32,000 nucleotides of DNA from contig CP008936.1 in the NCBI GenBank assembly GCA_000743035.1, positions 120,001 through 152,000 of the forward strand, written 5' to 3'. Each line of letters opens with the position of its first letter. Positions within the stretch are counted from its first letter, which is position 1. Source of the DNA: Candidatus Paracaedimonas acanthamoebae. Its GTDB lineage: Bacteria; Pseudomonadota; Alphaproteobacteria; Caedimonadales; Caedimonadaceae. Positions 8,191 through 17,681 of the stretch are shown here, piece by piece. The notes under the pieces were generated by a model, which saw only the letters and a program-made list of their open reading frames with translations, did no database searches and was not told the DNA's origin. Both the position numbers and the translations under genes were made by a program.

Positions 8191-9354
8191 GTGAAGAAAT
8201 TTATAAAGCTATTATTGGCAATCTCTACACCCCTGTTGGTCCATCCCCTTTATGCAAGCAACGAGATGCAAGAGGATTCTGAGAGAAGTAGTCCTAAGCG
8301 AAAAATAGAGACTCCCAAACATCATAATGAGCCTTTATCTAAAAAGCCGAGACTAGCACCAATTCAAGAGCTTCCTTTAGAGTTAATGGGCAGTCTTCCT
8401 ATAGAAGTTGTAACGCATATTACCAATTATCTTTATCTGGATCGAGACATTCCAAGCTTAGCAAATTTGGCATCTTGTTCAAAGGGTCTTCATCTGTTTC
8501 TGTCCGAGGAATATAACTTAGAAGCTATAAAAGCCTTTATAAAATTGGATCCTTCTCTTGAAGAAGGGCAGGCTTTTAGCTTATGGGAAAAAATATATTC
8601 TAAATCTCGAGGCGTACTAGAAGCTCTCTATAGAGATAAATATTATGCTGAAGAATTAGAAGGAGGAGAAGTAGATGAAGGAAATATAGACTATAGTGTG
8701 GCAAAAAATATTTCTAATTTAGAGTTGTTTTTTTATGCGCAAGGTCTTATTAGAGGCAAGCCAGAGCGAATAAGTGCAGTTCTTCAATTGCCTGAAGGCA
8801 TAGATCCAGAAGCGGATATTAAAAGAAGATCATTAGATATTTTTGGTTATCTTGAAAGAGTGAATCCAAAAGAACTTTTAGCGAGGCTCTCATCCAGAAT
8901 GGCTAGTGCAATAACTTCCGGCATAATTGTTAGCAAGCTTGGAGAAAAGGGATTCCATTGGAGAGAAAGAGCGCCTGAGCTCTATGCAAGCGATCAAGGG
9001 AAAGATATTGAAGAAATTGGTAGAGAATTAAATCTTCCGCTTCCCTATTGGGATTCTTTTTCTGACATTAGTTTTTCCGACCAACAAGACGCAGCTGATT
9101 GGTATGAGAGCTTATATGCAACCTCTCAGAGCACAGGCGCAGAAAAAGAGCAAGCCTTTGGTCATTATTTCTATCATACGCCAGGGGGAGAATACCTTAG
9201 CAGGCTAGCTGAAAATAATCCTGCCATAGGCAATTTATTTCATGACAATCGCTCTCCTCTTACCTTTCAACAACAAAAAGAATTTCTTGAAGATCTTGAA
9301 AGCTATGCTATCAATAAAATAAAAGGACTAGTTGAAAAAAATCAACAAAGTTAG
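8191..9354 (+). CDS. eukaryote-like F-box-motif protein with signal-like N-terminus and basic NLS-like stretch (candidate host-targeted effector)
   Basis: GTG start 6 nt after AGGAG. The N-terminus is MKKFIKLLLAISTPLLVHPLYA/SN. RK-x12-KKPRL fits a bipartite-NLS pattern. LPIEVVTHITNYLYLDRDIPSLANLASCSKGLHLFL fits the F-box pattern LPxE(ILV)xxxIxxxL...L..(CS)K. I do not recognise the remainder of the protein. Confidence 0.75.
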   Translation: MKKFIKLLLAISTPLLVHPLYASNEMQEDSERSSPKRKIETPKHHNEPLSKKPRLAPIQELPLELMGSLPIEVVTHITNYLYLDRDIPSLANLASCSKGLHLFLSEEYNLEAIKAFIKLDPSLEEGQAFSLWEKIYSKSRGVLEALYRDKYYAEELEGGEVDEGNIDYSVAKNISNLELFFYAQGLIRGKPERISAVLQLPEGIDPEADIKRRSLDIFGYLERVNPKELLARLSSRMASAITSGIIVSKLGEKGFHWRERAPELYASDQGKDIEEIGRELNLPLPYWDSFSDISFSDQQDAADWYESLYATSQSTGAEKEQAFGHYFYHTPGGEYLSRLAENNPAIGNLFHDNRSPLTFQQQKEFLEDLESYAINKIKGLVEKNQQS

Positions 9355-9667
9355 CAAGCTGCAGGCTTTTTAAATTTTAATTTTGTAAGCTTCTTAGAAA
9401 ATCCTGAGACTAAATAAAGTTCAAGTTGGGGGCGTTCAAGCCCTCTCCCTTCTTATCTCATTCCCTTCAAGATGAAGCAACTGTTGAGAGGAGGGCCTCT
9501 GGTTAACGCCAGTGATGATGGTGCCACCAGCCATGTCGCCACCCTCTATACGGATAAGGATTGACTATCACTGCAGGATAAGGGGCCACAATTACTGCGG
9601 GCTCTCGCTCAACGATCATAGGATTGGAAGATTCAAGGCAGGCACTGTACTGCCGCTCGCAACTATT

Positions 9668-10643
9668 ACGCCGATTATGGATAAGATAGTTTTGGAAAAG
9701 GGTTAAAAGGTGGGATTATCCAAGTAAGTAGAACAAAGAAAGGATAATCCCGATGATAGATTACGGCAGTTTATTCTATTTTGTAGATGAATTTTCTAAA
9801 GCCTTCAATAATTGGTGGAATAAAAGCCTATTAGCTTCTTCTACCAAGAGAAGAAACCGATCAACGAAGCTTCATTTAAGCGAGATTATTACAATTATGA
9901 TTTCCTATCATGACTCAGGCTATCGTTGTTTTAAAGATTACTACGATTATGTGCTATTTTATCATCTGAGAGAATTTCCTTGTCTTGTAATTTATGAGCG
10001 TTTCGTTGCTTTAATGAAAAGAGCTCTGCCTATTGTTTTAATGTTGTTTGCAGCTCTCAGAGGAGAGGCAACAGATATTCTATTTGTTGATTCAACTCCC
10101 TATGAAGTTTGTAGGACAGCAAGAAGGTATGACCATAAAGTCTTTAAAGGGTTATCAGCTTTATCAAAGAACTCTCTTGGTTGGTTTTACGGGTTGAAGC
10201 TTCATTTTATCTTTAATGATAAGGGGAGCATTGCCCGGTTAAGTATTACACCAGCTGATGTGGATGATCGTAAGGGATTAAAATCGCCCATTAAGGATTT
10301 GATGGGCAAGATGTTTGGTGACAGAGGATATCTAGGAGAAGACTTTTTTAAAGACCTTTGGAGCCAAGGTATTCAAATGGTTACTAAGATTCGTAAAAAC
10401 ATGAAAAAACAAGCTTATGTCACTGTGGGATCGCTTCTATTTAAATAAGAGAATGACAGTAGAAACTATTTTCTCTTCTTTGAAGTCCTGTGGGACTTTT
10501 GAGCATTCAAGGCACCGTAGTGTCCTTAATGCTTTCTGTCATATCTTTTGTGCCCTTATTGCTTACCAGCTAAGACCAATAAAACCAGCCTTCAGACAAG
10601 ATTTTCAACAATTGGAATGTTAATTCTTATCCATAATCGGCGT
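9668..10643 (+). mobile_element. IS982-family-like insertion sequence (976 bp) with perfect 19-bp terminal inverted repeats
   Basis: IRL 9668-9686 is ACGCCGATTATGGATAAGA and IRR 10625-10643 is its exact reverse complement. It encodes a single DDE transposase of ~290 aa. The size, the AC-starting ends and the one-ORF layout fit IS982. Confidence 0.85.
9753..10623 (+). pseudogene. IS982-family DDE transposase, frameshifted in an A6 run
   Basis: Contains VDSTPYEVC...GWFYGLKLHFIFNDKG...GDRGYLGEDF and a C-terminal RMTVETIFSSLK. Frame 0 (9753-10448) and frame +1 (10417-10623) join at ATGAAAAAAC (A-run 10404-10409). Confidence 0.85.
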
Positions 10644-10889
10644 TTTATAGAAATTGGGAGTTCTGGAAGGCGGTATACGAAGGCAGATGTGCTCCAAGCT
10701 TTACCGCTTGAGACTAGCATGACAATAGAGGCAACCGATTTTGAGGTTCGATTTTTAAGGAAAGATTTAATTTTAGTCATCTATCGTGCTTTACAAAGTG
10801 GGGAAAATAAGTCATCCCTTAGGAGCTCTTTGTGGAAGCAGACAGAAGAAGGGTGGAGAATAGTCTTTCATCAAGGGACGCCTTTGTAG
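10644..10889 (+). pseudogene. 3' fragment (81 codons plus stop) of the same DUF4440/SnoaL-like gene
   Basis: FIEIGSSGRRYTKADVLQAL...FEVRFLRKDLILVIYRA...SLRSSLWKQTEEGWRIVFHQGTPL matches the DUF4440 C-terminal pattern (GSSG...RSS.W...W...FHQGT). The track ORF 10548-10889 is a chimera that starts inside the IS. Confidence 0.75.
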
Positions 10890-10943
10890 GGCTATCTTTT
10901 TATTTCTCTCTGCTTTACACTTGTGCCAAAAGTAGGAGCTTTC

Positions 10944-11675
10944 ATGCGCGTTATTGCGAGTCCAAAGCAATTTTTAAGTTTCAAGAAACGGTTTTTACCT
11001 TGGTGTGTCGCAGGCCACGTTGTCATCTTAAGCCTGGGACTGTGGTTTGCATTTTTAGGATCTCCTCCAGATTACCAAATGGGGGAAGCCGTACGGATTA
11101 TGTACATCCATGTGCCTGCTTCTTGGTTTGCTATGGGGGTATACGCATTGATGGCATTGCATGCGATTATAGGGTTGATTACAAAGCATCCTTTGGCCGA
11201 TATTGTTGTTAAGGCAGCAGCTCCAATCGGTGCTCTTTTTACTTTTATTAGCTTAACAACTGGGGCTTTATGGGGTAAACCAATGTGGGGAACATGGTGG
11301 GTTTGGGATGCACGTTTAACCTCTGTTCTCATTTTATTCTTACTGTATTTAGGATATTTAGCTTTGGTTGATAGTTTTGAAAATTATGCACAAGGGCTTA
11401 AATCTGGAAGCGTATTGGTCATTGTAGGGGCATTTAATTTGCCGATTATAAAATGGTCCGTGAACTGGTGGAATACGCTTCATCAACCTGCAAGCCTAAC
11501 TAAGCTTTCTGCTCCTTCTATCCATCCTGAGATGCTTGTGCCTCTTCTTTTGATGGCAGGAGCTTACGCGAGTTATTTTATCATTATGCTCTTGTTAAAA
11601 ATTGAAATAGAATATTTGAGACGGCGAGAACAAAATCTCTATATTCTTAAGGCACAGGCAATAAGGCCTAAATAA
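10944..11675 (+). CDS. ccmC: heme exporter protein C (cytochrome c maturation, System I)
   Basis: Trp-rich motif WGKPMWGTWWVWDARL and a polytopic topology. ATG 10944 lies 5 nt after AGGAG and is preferred over GTG 10923. Confidence 0.93.
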   Translation: MRVIASPKQFLSFKKRFLPWCVAGHVVILSLGLWFAFLGSPPDYQMGEAVRIMYIHVPASWFAMGVYALMALHAIIGLITKHPLADIVVKAAAPIGALFTFISLTTGALWGKPMWGTWWVWDARLTSVLILFLLYLGYLALVDSFENYAQGLKSGSVLVIVGAFNLPIIKWSVNWWNTLHQPASLTKLSAPSIHPEMLVPLLLMAGAYASYFIIMLLLKIEIEYLRRREQNLYILKAQAIRPK

Positions 11676-11688
11676 GAAAGAAGAAGAT

Positions 11689-11841
11689 ATGGATACTCCT
11701 TACGCTTATTATATTGGAAGTGCTTATGCGGTTGTTTTTTTAAGTTGTTTCGCTTTTTTTGTTATCACCCATTTACAAGCACGAGCTGTACAGAAAAGAG
11801 TAAAACGTCTTGAACAGACGTTAAAGAACAATGATATCTAA
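11689..11841 (+). CDS. ccmD: heme exporter protein D (small single-TM protein)
   Basis: The 50-aa product is MDTPYAYYIGSAYAVVFLSCFAFFVITHLQARAVQKRVKRLEQTLKNNDI. It sits between ccmC and ccmE and overlaps the ccmE start by 11 nt. It is too short to appear in the ORF track. Confidence 0.7.
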   Translation: MDTPYAYYIGSAYAVVFLSCFAFFVITHLQARAVQKRVKRLEQTLKNNDI

Positions 11842-12271
11842 AAAGAAACAACGTTTTTATTATATTGCATTTGCGCTTATTAGCTTTGGTGTAGGGATAT
11901 CGGCCGTGCTTTATAATTTGCGTACTCATCTTGTTTTTTTCTATACACCAGAAGAATTGAACAAACAGAATTCTCTTCCTTCCGAAAAAATTCGTCTGGG
12001 AGGTGTTGTCAAAGAAAAAAGTTTAAAATATGCGCCAATTGGGATTACTGGGGAATTTATTCTAACAGATTTTAAGAGAGACATTTTAGTCTCTTTTAGT
12101 ACAGTTCTTCCTGATTTATTTCGTGAAGGTCAAGGCGCTGTGGTTGAAGGAAGTTTTAAAGAAAATGGGGTTTTTGAAGCCGTGCGTGTTTTAGCAAAGC
12201 ATGATGAAAATTATCGGCCCCCTGCGCTTGGGGATAAGCAAGATATAGTCTTGCAGACTCTCAAAGAATAA
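11831..12271 (+). CDS. ccmE: cytochrome c-type biogenesis heme chaperone CcmE
   Basis: N-terminal anchor, an OB-fold region and the conserved VLAKHDENYRPP heme-binding His motif. Confidence 0.93.
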   Translation: MISKKKQRFYYIAFALISFGVGISAVLYNLRTHLVFFYTPEELNKQNSLPSEKIRLGGVVKEKSLKYAPIGITGEFILTDFKRDILVSFSTVLPDLFREGQGAVVEGSFKENGVFEAVRVLAKHDENYRPPALGDKQDIVLQTLKE

Positions 12272-12283
12272 CGGTGATCTGAC

Positions 12284-14191
12284 ATGAATGAATTTGGCGA
12301 GAGCGCACTCTACGCAGCAATTGTGATCATGATTATTAATAGCGTAGGGCCACTTCTTTTAGTTAGGAAACAAGTTCATTTTGCACTTCAGCTTGGTCGG
12401 CTAGGGGCGATCAGCTGCTTTATGTTAATGACTTTTGCGTTTTTCACTTTAATTTATGCTTTTCTTGTTTCAGATTTTAGTTTGCAAATTGTAGCGTCTC
12501 ATTCTCATTCAAAGACGCCCCTTTTATATAAAATCACTGGGGTATGGGGTAATCATGAAGGCTCAATGCTCCTGTGGGTATGGACTTTGTCTCTTTACAC
12601 GTTTTTGATGCAGTTAAGGTCACGCTCTGAGGGGACAACTTTCATTAAAACCCGCTTAAAACTTTTAAGTGTTCAATCTTGTTTAAGTGTAGGGTTTCTT
12701 GCTTATGTGCTCATCCTTGCAAATCCTTTTATGCGTGCAATAAATATCTTCTATGAAGGGCAAGATTTAAATGCTGTTCTACAAGATCCAGCACTTGCTA
12801 TTCATCCCCCTCTTTTATATATAGGATACGTCGGATTTTCAGTGCCTTATAGTTTTTCAATTGTAGGCCTACTTGAGAACAAAATTACATCTTCTTGGGC
12901 TCGAGCCTTGAGACGGTGGGTGTTAGTAAGTTGGATTTTCCTTACATTAGGAATCGCAACTGGAAGTTTTTGGGCTTATTATGAGCTAGGCTGGGGAGGT
13001 TATTGGTTTTGGGATCCAGTCGAAAATGCAGCTTTAATGCCATGGCTCTTGGGGACAGCGCTAATTCATTCTCTTCTAGCTCTTGAAAAGCGAGGTTTAT
13101 TTAAGTTTTGGGGACCTTTATTGGGAATCACAAGTTTTATACTCTGCCTTATAGGGACTTATCTTGTTCGTTCAGGCGCCATTAGCTCCGTCCATAGTTT
13201 TGCAACTGACCCTACTCGGGGTGCTTTCATCCTTAGTTTTACAGCTTTAATTTTTAGTATAGGTATCAGTCTTTTTATTTATAGAGCACCAAAGCTTGCT
13301 TCTCCCCATTCTTTTCATTTATTGTCACGAGAGGGAGGGATTACAGTAAATAACTTTTTATTAATAATAATGGCAGGCCTTATTTTATTAGGGACGCTTT
13401 CTCCTTTATTTGGAGAATTTTGGCTTACTAGAAAACTTATCGTTGGAGCTGATTATTTTCAATTAATGGTGATTCCTCTTACGTTTGTAATGATGATTTT
13501 TATGATTGGGGGGCCTGTATTCATTTGGACCCATACGACACGCAAACAACTCTCGAGATGGCTTAACCTCTTGATGTTGGGAAGCATTCTTATCCTGGTA
13601 GCGCTTGGACTTGGCTCTTGTCAACTCTCATTTGGAGTGGTGGGGCTTGTTTTAGCTGGTTTAATTTTACTCTCTTCATTTATGGAATTGAAGGTTCAGA
13701 AGGTAAATTTAAATAGTTACGCTATGCTTTTTTCACACAGCGGAATGGCGATTGCTATTATGGGAATGAGTATTCTAAATTTGGGTTCTTCTAAAACAAC
13801 AATTTTCCTTCAGCAAGGAGAAAAGGCAAGTTTTCAAGGATATACTTTTTACTTAAAAGAAATAAAAACGTATAAGATGCCAACTTATGAGGCTCGTCAA
13901 GCTTATTTAGAAATCAAACAAGGGCAAGAGGAAACTCACTTGATGATTCCTGAAAAACGCTTCTATCAATCGTCACAAACTTTAACGACAGAAGTCGCTC
14001 TTAAACATCATTGGTTAACTGATCTTTATATTGTTCTGGGGGGGATATTGCCGCAAAAAAGATGGGTATTTGAAATTGCTGTTTATCCTGGTATTCAGCT
14101 TTTATGGATAGGTGCTCTGTTACTGGTTTTGGGAGGATGTGTAAGCCTTATATTATCATTCTTAAGGGAGAAAAAGGCTACGAAAGCTTAG
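12284..14191 (+). CDS. ccmF: cytochrome c-type biogenesis heme lyase subunit CcmF
   Basis: 635-aa polytopic protein with the WWD motif WGGYWFWDPVENAALMPWL. Confidence 0.95.
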   Translation: MNEFGESALYAAIVIMIINSVGPLLLVRKQVHFALQLGRLGAISCFMLMTFAFFTLIYAFLVSDFSLQIVASHSHSKTPLLYKITGVWGNHEGSMLLWVWTLSLYTFLMQLRSRSEGTTFIKTRLKLLSVQSCLSVGFLAYVLILANPFMRAINIFYEGQDLNAVLQDPALAIHPPLLYIGYVGFSVPYSFSIVGLLENKITSSWARALRRWVLVSWIFLTLGIATGSFWAYYELGWGGYWFWDPVENAALMPWLLGTALIHSLLALEKRGLFKFWGPLLGITSFILCLIGTYLVRSGAISSVHSFATDPTRGAFILSFTALIFSIGISLFIYRAPKLASPHSFHLLSREGGITVNNFLLIIMAGLILLGTLSPLFGEFWLTRKLIVGADYFQLMVIPLTFVMMIFMIGGPVFIWTHTTRKQLSRWLNLLMLGSILILVALGLGSCQLSFGVVGLVLAGLILLSSFMELKVQKVNLNSYAMLFSHSGMAIAIMGMSILNLGSSKTTIFLQQGEKASFQGYTFYLKEIKTYKMPTYEARQAYLEIKQGQEETHLMIPEKRFYQSSQTLTTEVALKHHWLTDLYIVLGGILPQKRWVFEIAVYPGIQLLWIGALLLVLGGCVSLILSFLREKKATKA

Positions 14192-14673
14192 ATTTCTAAG
14201 GAAGTATTCTTTATATGATCAAGAGCTTCTGTGAAAAGTTGGTTTTGATTGGTAAGTTTAATTTTTTTCGAAAGACTCTGATGGGCTGCAGTGATGGCAG
14301 CATCAAGAGCTTCATTTTCAATTTCTGCTAAAGTTTGTGCTTTCATTTGGGCGAGACGTTCTAGAAGTAATTGTTCTTCAATTTGGATATAGGCTTCAAG
14401 TTCTTCTTGCGATGTTTTCTGCAAAGTTTCTGCTTGGATTTTTGCGTGCGAAACAATTTCTTGAGCACGTTGCGTTACTTCCATTTGCAACTGTTTTGCT
14501 ACATTAACCAAATCTTGCGCTTCTTTATGAAGGCGTTTTGCTTCTTGTAGTTCATTTCTGATTTTAAAAGAATGTTGATCCAGGTAGTTCATAAGCGTAC
14601 GCCAAGCAGGACGCCCGATCAGTAAAATCAAAATGCAAAAAGCAATTAAAACCCATAAAGAGGCATTAAGCAT
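14188..14673 (-). CDS. atpF: F0F1 ATP synthase subunit b
   Basis: One N-terminal TM helix followed by a long charged coiled coil. It is the last gene of the a-c-b'-b order typical of alphaproteobacteria. Confidence 0.85.
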   Translation of the reverse strand: MLNASLWVLIAFCILILLIGRPAWRTLMNYLDQHSFKIRNELQEAKRLHKEAQDLVNVAKQLQMEVTQRAQEIVSHAKIQAETLQKTSQEELEAYIQIEEQLLLERLAQMKAQTLAEIENEALDAAITAAHQSLSKKIKLTNQNQLFTEALDHIKNTSLEI

Positions 14674-15157
14674 CAGGCGTTTTCCTCTTTTTAATCTTTA
14701 TGCTAATAGTTTGAGAAAAGTCAGACGGGTTTAAAGCCTTTTCAATGATTTTGTGAGTCAGCTGACGGACTATATCAGGCATCTCCCGGGAAATTTGTTC
14801 TTTCTTTTTATGTAAATGATTTTCAGTTAGCTTTATCTTTTCTTTCATAGCATGTGAGAGCCGAGCTCTTTCTTGTTCAAAAGTAAACTTCATCTGGCGG
14901 TCCGCTTGAAGAACAATTTCTTTAGCTTGATGACGGGCAAGCTCAAGATTTTGATCATGAAGTTGTTGAAGGGTCTCCGCTTCAATTCGTAGAGTATGGG
15001 CCAACTTCTTTTGCCCCTCTATTTGTTCCCATCTTTGCTGTAAAAGTATCGCAAGACGCGGAAGCGAAACGCGCCATGAAAAAAGAATAATAAGAGCAAA
15101 ACAAATTGCTAACCAAAAAAGTTGGGAGAAATAAGTTGTTACCTCAAGTTGAGGCAT
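14666..15157 (-). CDS. atpF2: F0F1 ATP synthase subunit b' (second b-type subunit)
   Basis: Same b-type architecture, located between atpE and atpF, with an 8-nt overlap with atpF. The b versus b' assignment rests on position only. Confidence 0.8.
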   Translation of the reverse strand: MPQLEVTTYFSQLFWLAICFALIILFSWRVSLPRLAILLQQRWEQIEGQKKLAHTLRIEAETLQQLHDQNLELARHQAKEIVLQADRQMKFTFEQERARLSHAMKEKIKLTENHLHKKKEQISREMPDIVRQLTHKIIEKALNPSDFSQTISIKIKKRKTPDA

Positions 15158-15178
15158 TACTAAATCCGCCGTTTCATC

Positions 15179-15403
15179 TTAACTAAATAAAATAATGAGG
15201 GCTACTGTGAAGGCTAAAATTCCCACAGCCTCTGTTAACGCAGCACCAATATAAGCAGGAATCATCACATCATTTTTAACAGATGGATTGCGAGCAATGG
15301 CTTTTAAAAGATTCGAAAATATGTTCCCAACGCCAATGCCAACGCCTAGAAGAGCAATAACAGCCAAGCCTGCTCCAATGAATTTAGCTGCACCAACGTC
15401 CAT
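15179..15403 (-). CDS. atpE: F0F1 ATP synthase subunit c
   Basis: 74-aa two-helix proteolipid with GAGLAVIALLGVGIGVGNIF and the carboxylate in ALTEAVGILAF. Confidence 0.95.
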   Translation of the reverse strand: MDVGAAKFIGAGLAVIALLGVGIGVGNIFSNLLKAIARNPSVKNDVMIPAYIGAALTEAVGILAFTVALIILFS

Positions 15404-15449
15404 CTTTTATCTCCTTTATGTATTTTTAATGCCTAAGTGTACCATAAAC

Positions 15450-16178
15450 TTAATGTAAGTGAAGGGTGTCGTGTAAATAAATACACGTCAAAATAGTAAA
15501 AACATATGCTTGAAGCAATGCAACAAAAACTTCAAAAGCTGTAAAAAAAATTAGGAATGGCAAAGGCGCAAACAAGCCATACACTCCCATGGCAACTGTG
15601 AAACCACCAAAAAGCTTTAAAACCATATGACCTGCCATCATATTCGCAAACAGGCGGATGGCAAGTGTAATAGGTCTGAATAAATAAGCAATAATCTCAA
15701 CAGGAATTAAAATAGGCGCAATGGCTAAAGGGACCCCTTTTGGAAAAAAGAGTCTGAAGAATTTGAAGCCATGTTTCATAAGACCAACGCTCGTAATAAG
15801 AATAAAAACAATAAATGCAAGCGCACCTGTGACGATGATATGACTCGTAAAGGTAAAAGAGTAAGGAATCATTCCCCACAGGTTGCCAAATAAGATGAAA
15901 AGAAAAAGGGAAAAAATAAAAGGGAAATATTTTTTTCCATCTTCTCCTAGATTGTCTTTTACCATTGTTTGAATAAATTCATAACTCATTTCATAAAAAG
16001 ATTGAATACGAGAAGGGATTATCTTGCGATCTTTAACGCCTGCCCATTGAAATAAAATAATTAAGGCTGTCGTTAAGACCATAAATAAAGAAGAATTTGT
16101 AAATGAAATATCATACCCACCGATATGAAGAGGGATAAGAGGTTTAATAAGAAATTGTTCTAAAGGATTCATTGCCAT
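15450..16178 (-). CDS. atpB: F0F1 ATP synthase subunit a
   Basis: Polytopic protein with the conserved LAIRLFANMMAGH arginine motif. Confidence 0.95.
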   Translation of the reverse strand: MAMNPLEQFLIKPLIPLHIGGYDISFTNSSLFMVLTTALIILFQWAGVKDRKIIPSRIQSFYEMSYEFIQTMVKDNLGEDGKKYFPFIFSLFLFILFGNLWGMIPYSFTFTSHIIVTGALAFIVFILITSVGLMKHGFKFFRLFFPKGVPLAIAPILIPVEIIAYLFRPITLAIRLFANMMAGHMVLKLFGGFTVAMGVYGLFAPLPFLIFFTAFEVFVALLQAYVFTILTCIYLHDTLHLH

Positions 16179-16199
16179 TAAATTTATTGTAAACCCTTT

Positions 16200-17681
16200 T
16201 TAAGGTTTTAGTTTTTCAAGCAGGATTTTGTTAATAATAGCTGGATTACCTTTTCCTTGCATCATTTTCATGACCTGCCCTACAAAAAAACCAAAAAGTT
16301 TGTCTTTTCCTGATTGGTACTCAGTAACTTTATCTTGATTTTCACTAAGGATTTTCTCAATGACTGTTGCAATTGTTCCTTCATCACTTACTTGAATAAG
16401 GCCTTTTGTATTAATAATTTTGTCAGGATATTCACCAGTTTCCCACATTTCAGCAAAGATATCTTTTGCGAGACGTCCTGAGATCGTGCCCTCATAAATG
16501 AAATTAATAAGTTCAGCTAAAGATTGAGGTGATACTTTACTTGCTTCAATAAGAAGAGAGTCTCTATTGAGGGCTGCAAATAACTCTCCAATGATCCAAT
16601 TAGCCAATTGCTTAATACTTTTTTCGTTTGCCTCTTTAAGATATGTGAGGGCTGTTTCGAAATAAGAAACAGTTTCAAGTTCTGAACTTAGGACGCCTGC
16701 ATCGTAAGCTGAAAGTTGATAATCTCTTATAAATCTGGCTTTTTTGGCATCTGGTAATTCCGGCAGCATGGCACGAATACGCTCGATTTCCTCATCACTT
16801 AAAACTAAGGGAGGAAGATCGGGATCGGGAAAGTAACGATAGTCGTGAGCATCTTCTTTATTGCGCATCGATCTTGTTATGCCCTTTGATGCATCAAAAA
16901 GACGCGTTTCTTGATCTACCTGCCCACCGTTTTCGAGAATTTCCATTTGCCGTTGGATTTCATAAGTGATTGCCTGCCCCATGAACCTGACAGAGTTTAC
17001 ATTTTTAATTTCAGCACGCGTCCCATAGTCCTCGCCGGGGCGCCTCAAAGAAACATTGACATCAGCACGAAGGCTACCTTGTTCCATATTGCCATCGCAC
17101 GTCCCTAGATAACGTAAAAGACCTCGTAATTTCTTAATATAAGCTTGAGCTTCTTCGACAGAACGGATATCAGGTTCAGAAACAATTTCCATCAATGCAA
17201 TGCCCGAGCGATTAAGATCAATATAAGTCTTGCTTGGATGTTGGTCGTGGATGCTCTTGCCGGCATCTTGCTCAAGATGAAGACGCGTAATATTAATTCG
17301 CTTCACTGTGCCATCTTCGAGCTCAATCTCAAGATAGCCTCTTCCAACAATTGGGTATAAATGTTGAGAAATTTGATATCCTTGAGGAAGATCAGCGTAA
17401 AAATAATTCTTACGATCGAAAATAGAGGTTTTGTTGATTTGGGCATTGAGACCAAAACCTGTTTTAATGGCTTGCTCGATGCAAAAATCATTAATAACAG
17501 GTAACATCCCAGGAAAGCCTGCATCAATAAAGGAGACTTGGGTATTGGGATCACCACCAAAAGCTGTTGAAGCGCCAGAGAAAAGCTTAGCTTTTGAGGT
17601 AACCTGCGCATGCACCTCAAGACCGATGACGACTTCCCAGGGACCTGTTTCTCCTTGAATATAATTATTTTTTTCACTCAT
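16200..17681 (-). CDS. gatB: Asp-tRNA(Asn)/Glu-tRNA(Gln) amidotransferase subunit B
   Basis: [32 protein letters not shown] and a C-terminal GatB/YqeY domain. It overlaps gatA by 4 nt. Confidence 0.97.
   Translation of the reverse strand: MSEKNNYIQGETGPWEVVIGLEVHAQVTSKAKLFSGASTAFGGDPNTQVSFIDAGFPGMLPVINDFCIEQAIKTGFGLNAQINKTSIFDRKNYFYADLPQGYQISQHLYPIVGRGYLEIELEDGTVKRINITRLHLEQDAGKSIHDQHPSKTYIDLNRSGIALMEIVSEPDIRSVEEAQAYIKKLRGLLRYLGTCDGNMEQGSLRADVNVSLRRPGEDYGTRAEIKNVNSVRFMGQAITYEIQRQMEILENGGQVDQETRLFDASKGITRSMRNKEDAHDYRYFPDPDLPPLVLSDEEIERIRAMLPELPDAKKARFIRDYQLSAYDAGVLSSELETVSYFETALTYLKEANEKSIKQLANWIIGELFAALNRDSLLIEASKVSPQSLAELINFIYEGTISGRLAKDIFAEMWETGEYPDKIINTKGLIQVSDEGTIATVIEKILSENQDKVTEYQSGKDKLFGFFVGQVMKMMQGKGNPAIINKILLEKLKP

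Noticed and set aside
9512-9706. ORF 9512-9706 (+), 64 aa
   Set aside because: It crosses the IS left terminus, has no SD, and is antisense to the more plausible remnant frame.
10548-10643. N-terminal part of track ORF 10548-10889
   Set aside because: The first 32 codons lie inside the IS right end, so the ORF is a chimera of IS sequence and the DUF4440 3' fragment rather than a native gene.
10832-11332. ORFs 10832-11212 (+) and 11072-11332 (-)
   Set aside because: They are off-frame and antisense shadows of ccmC.
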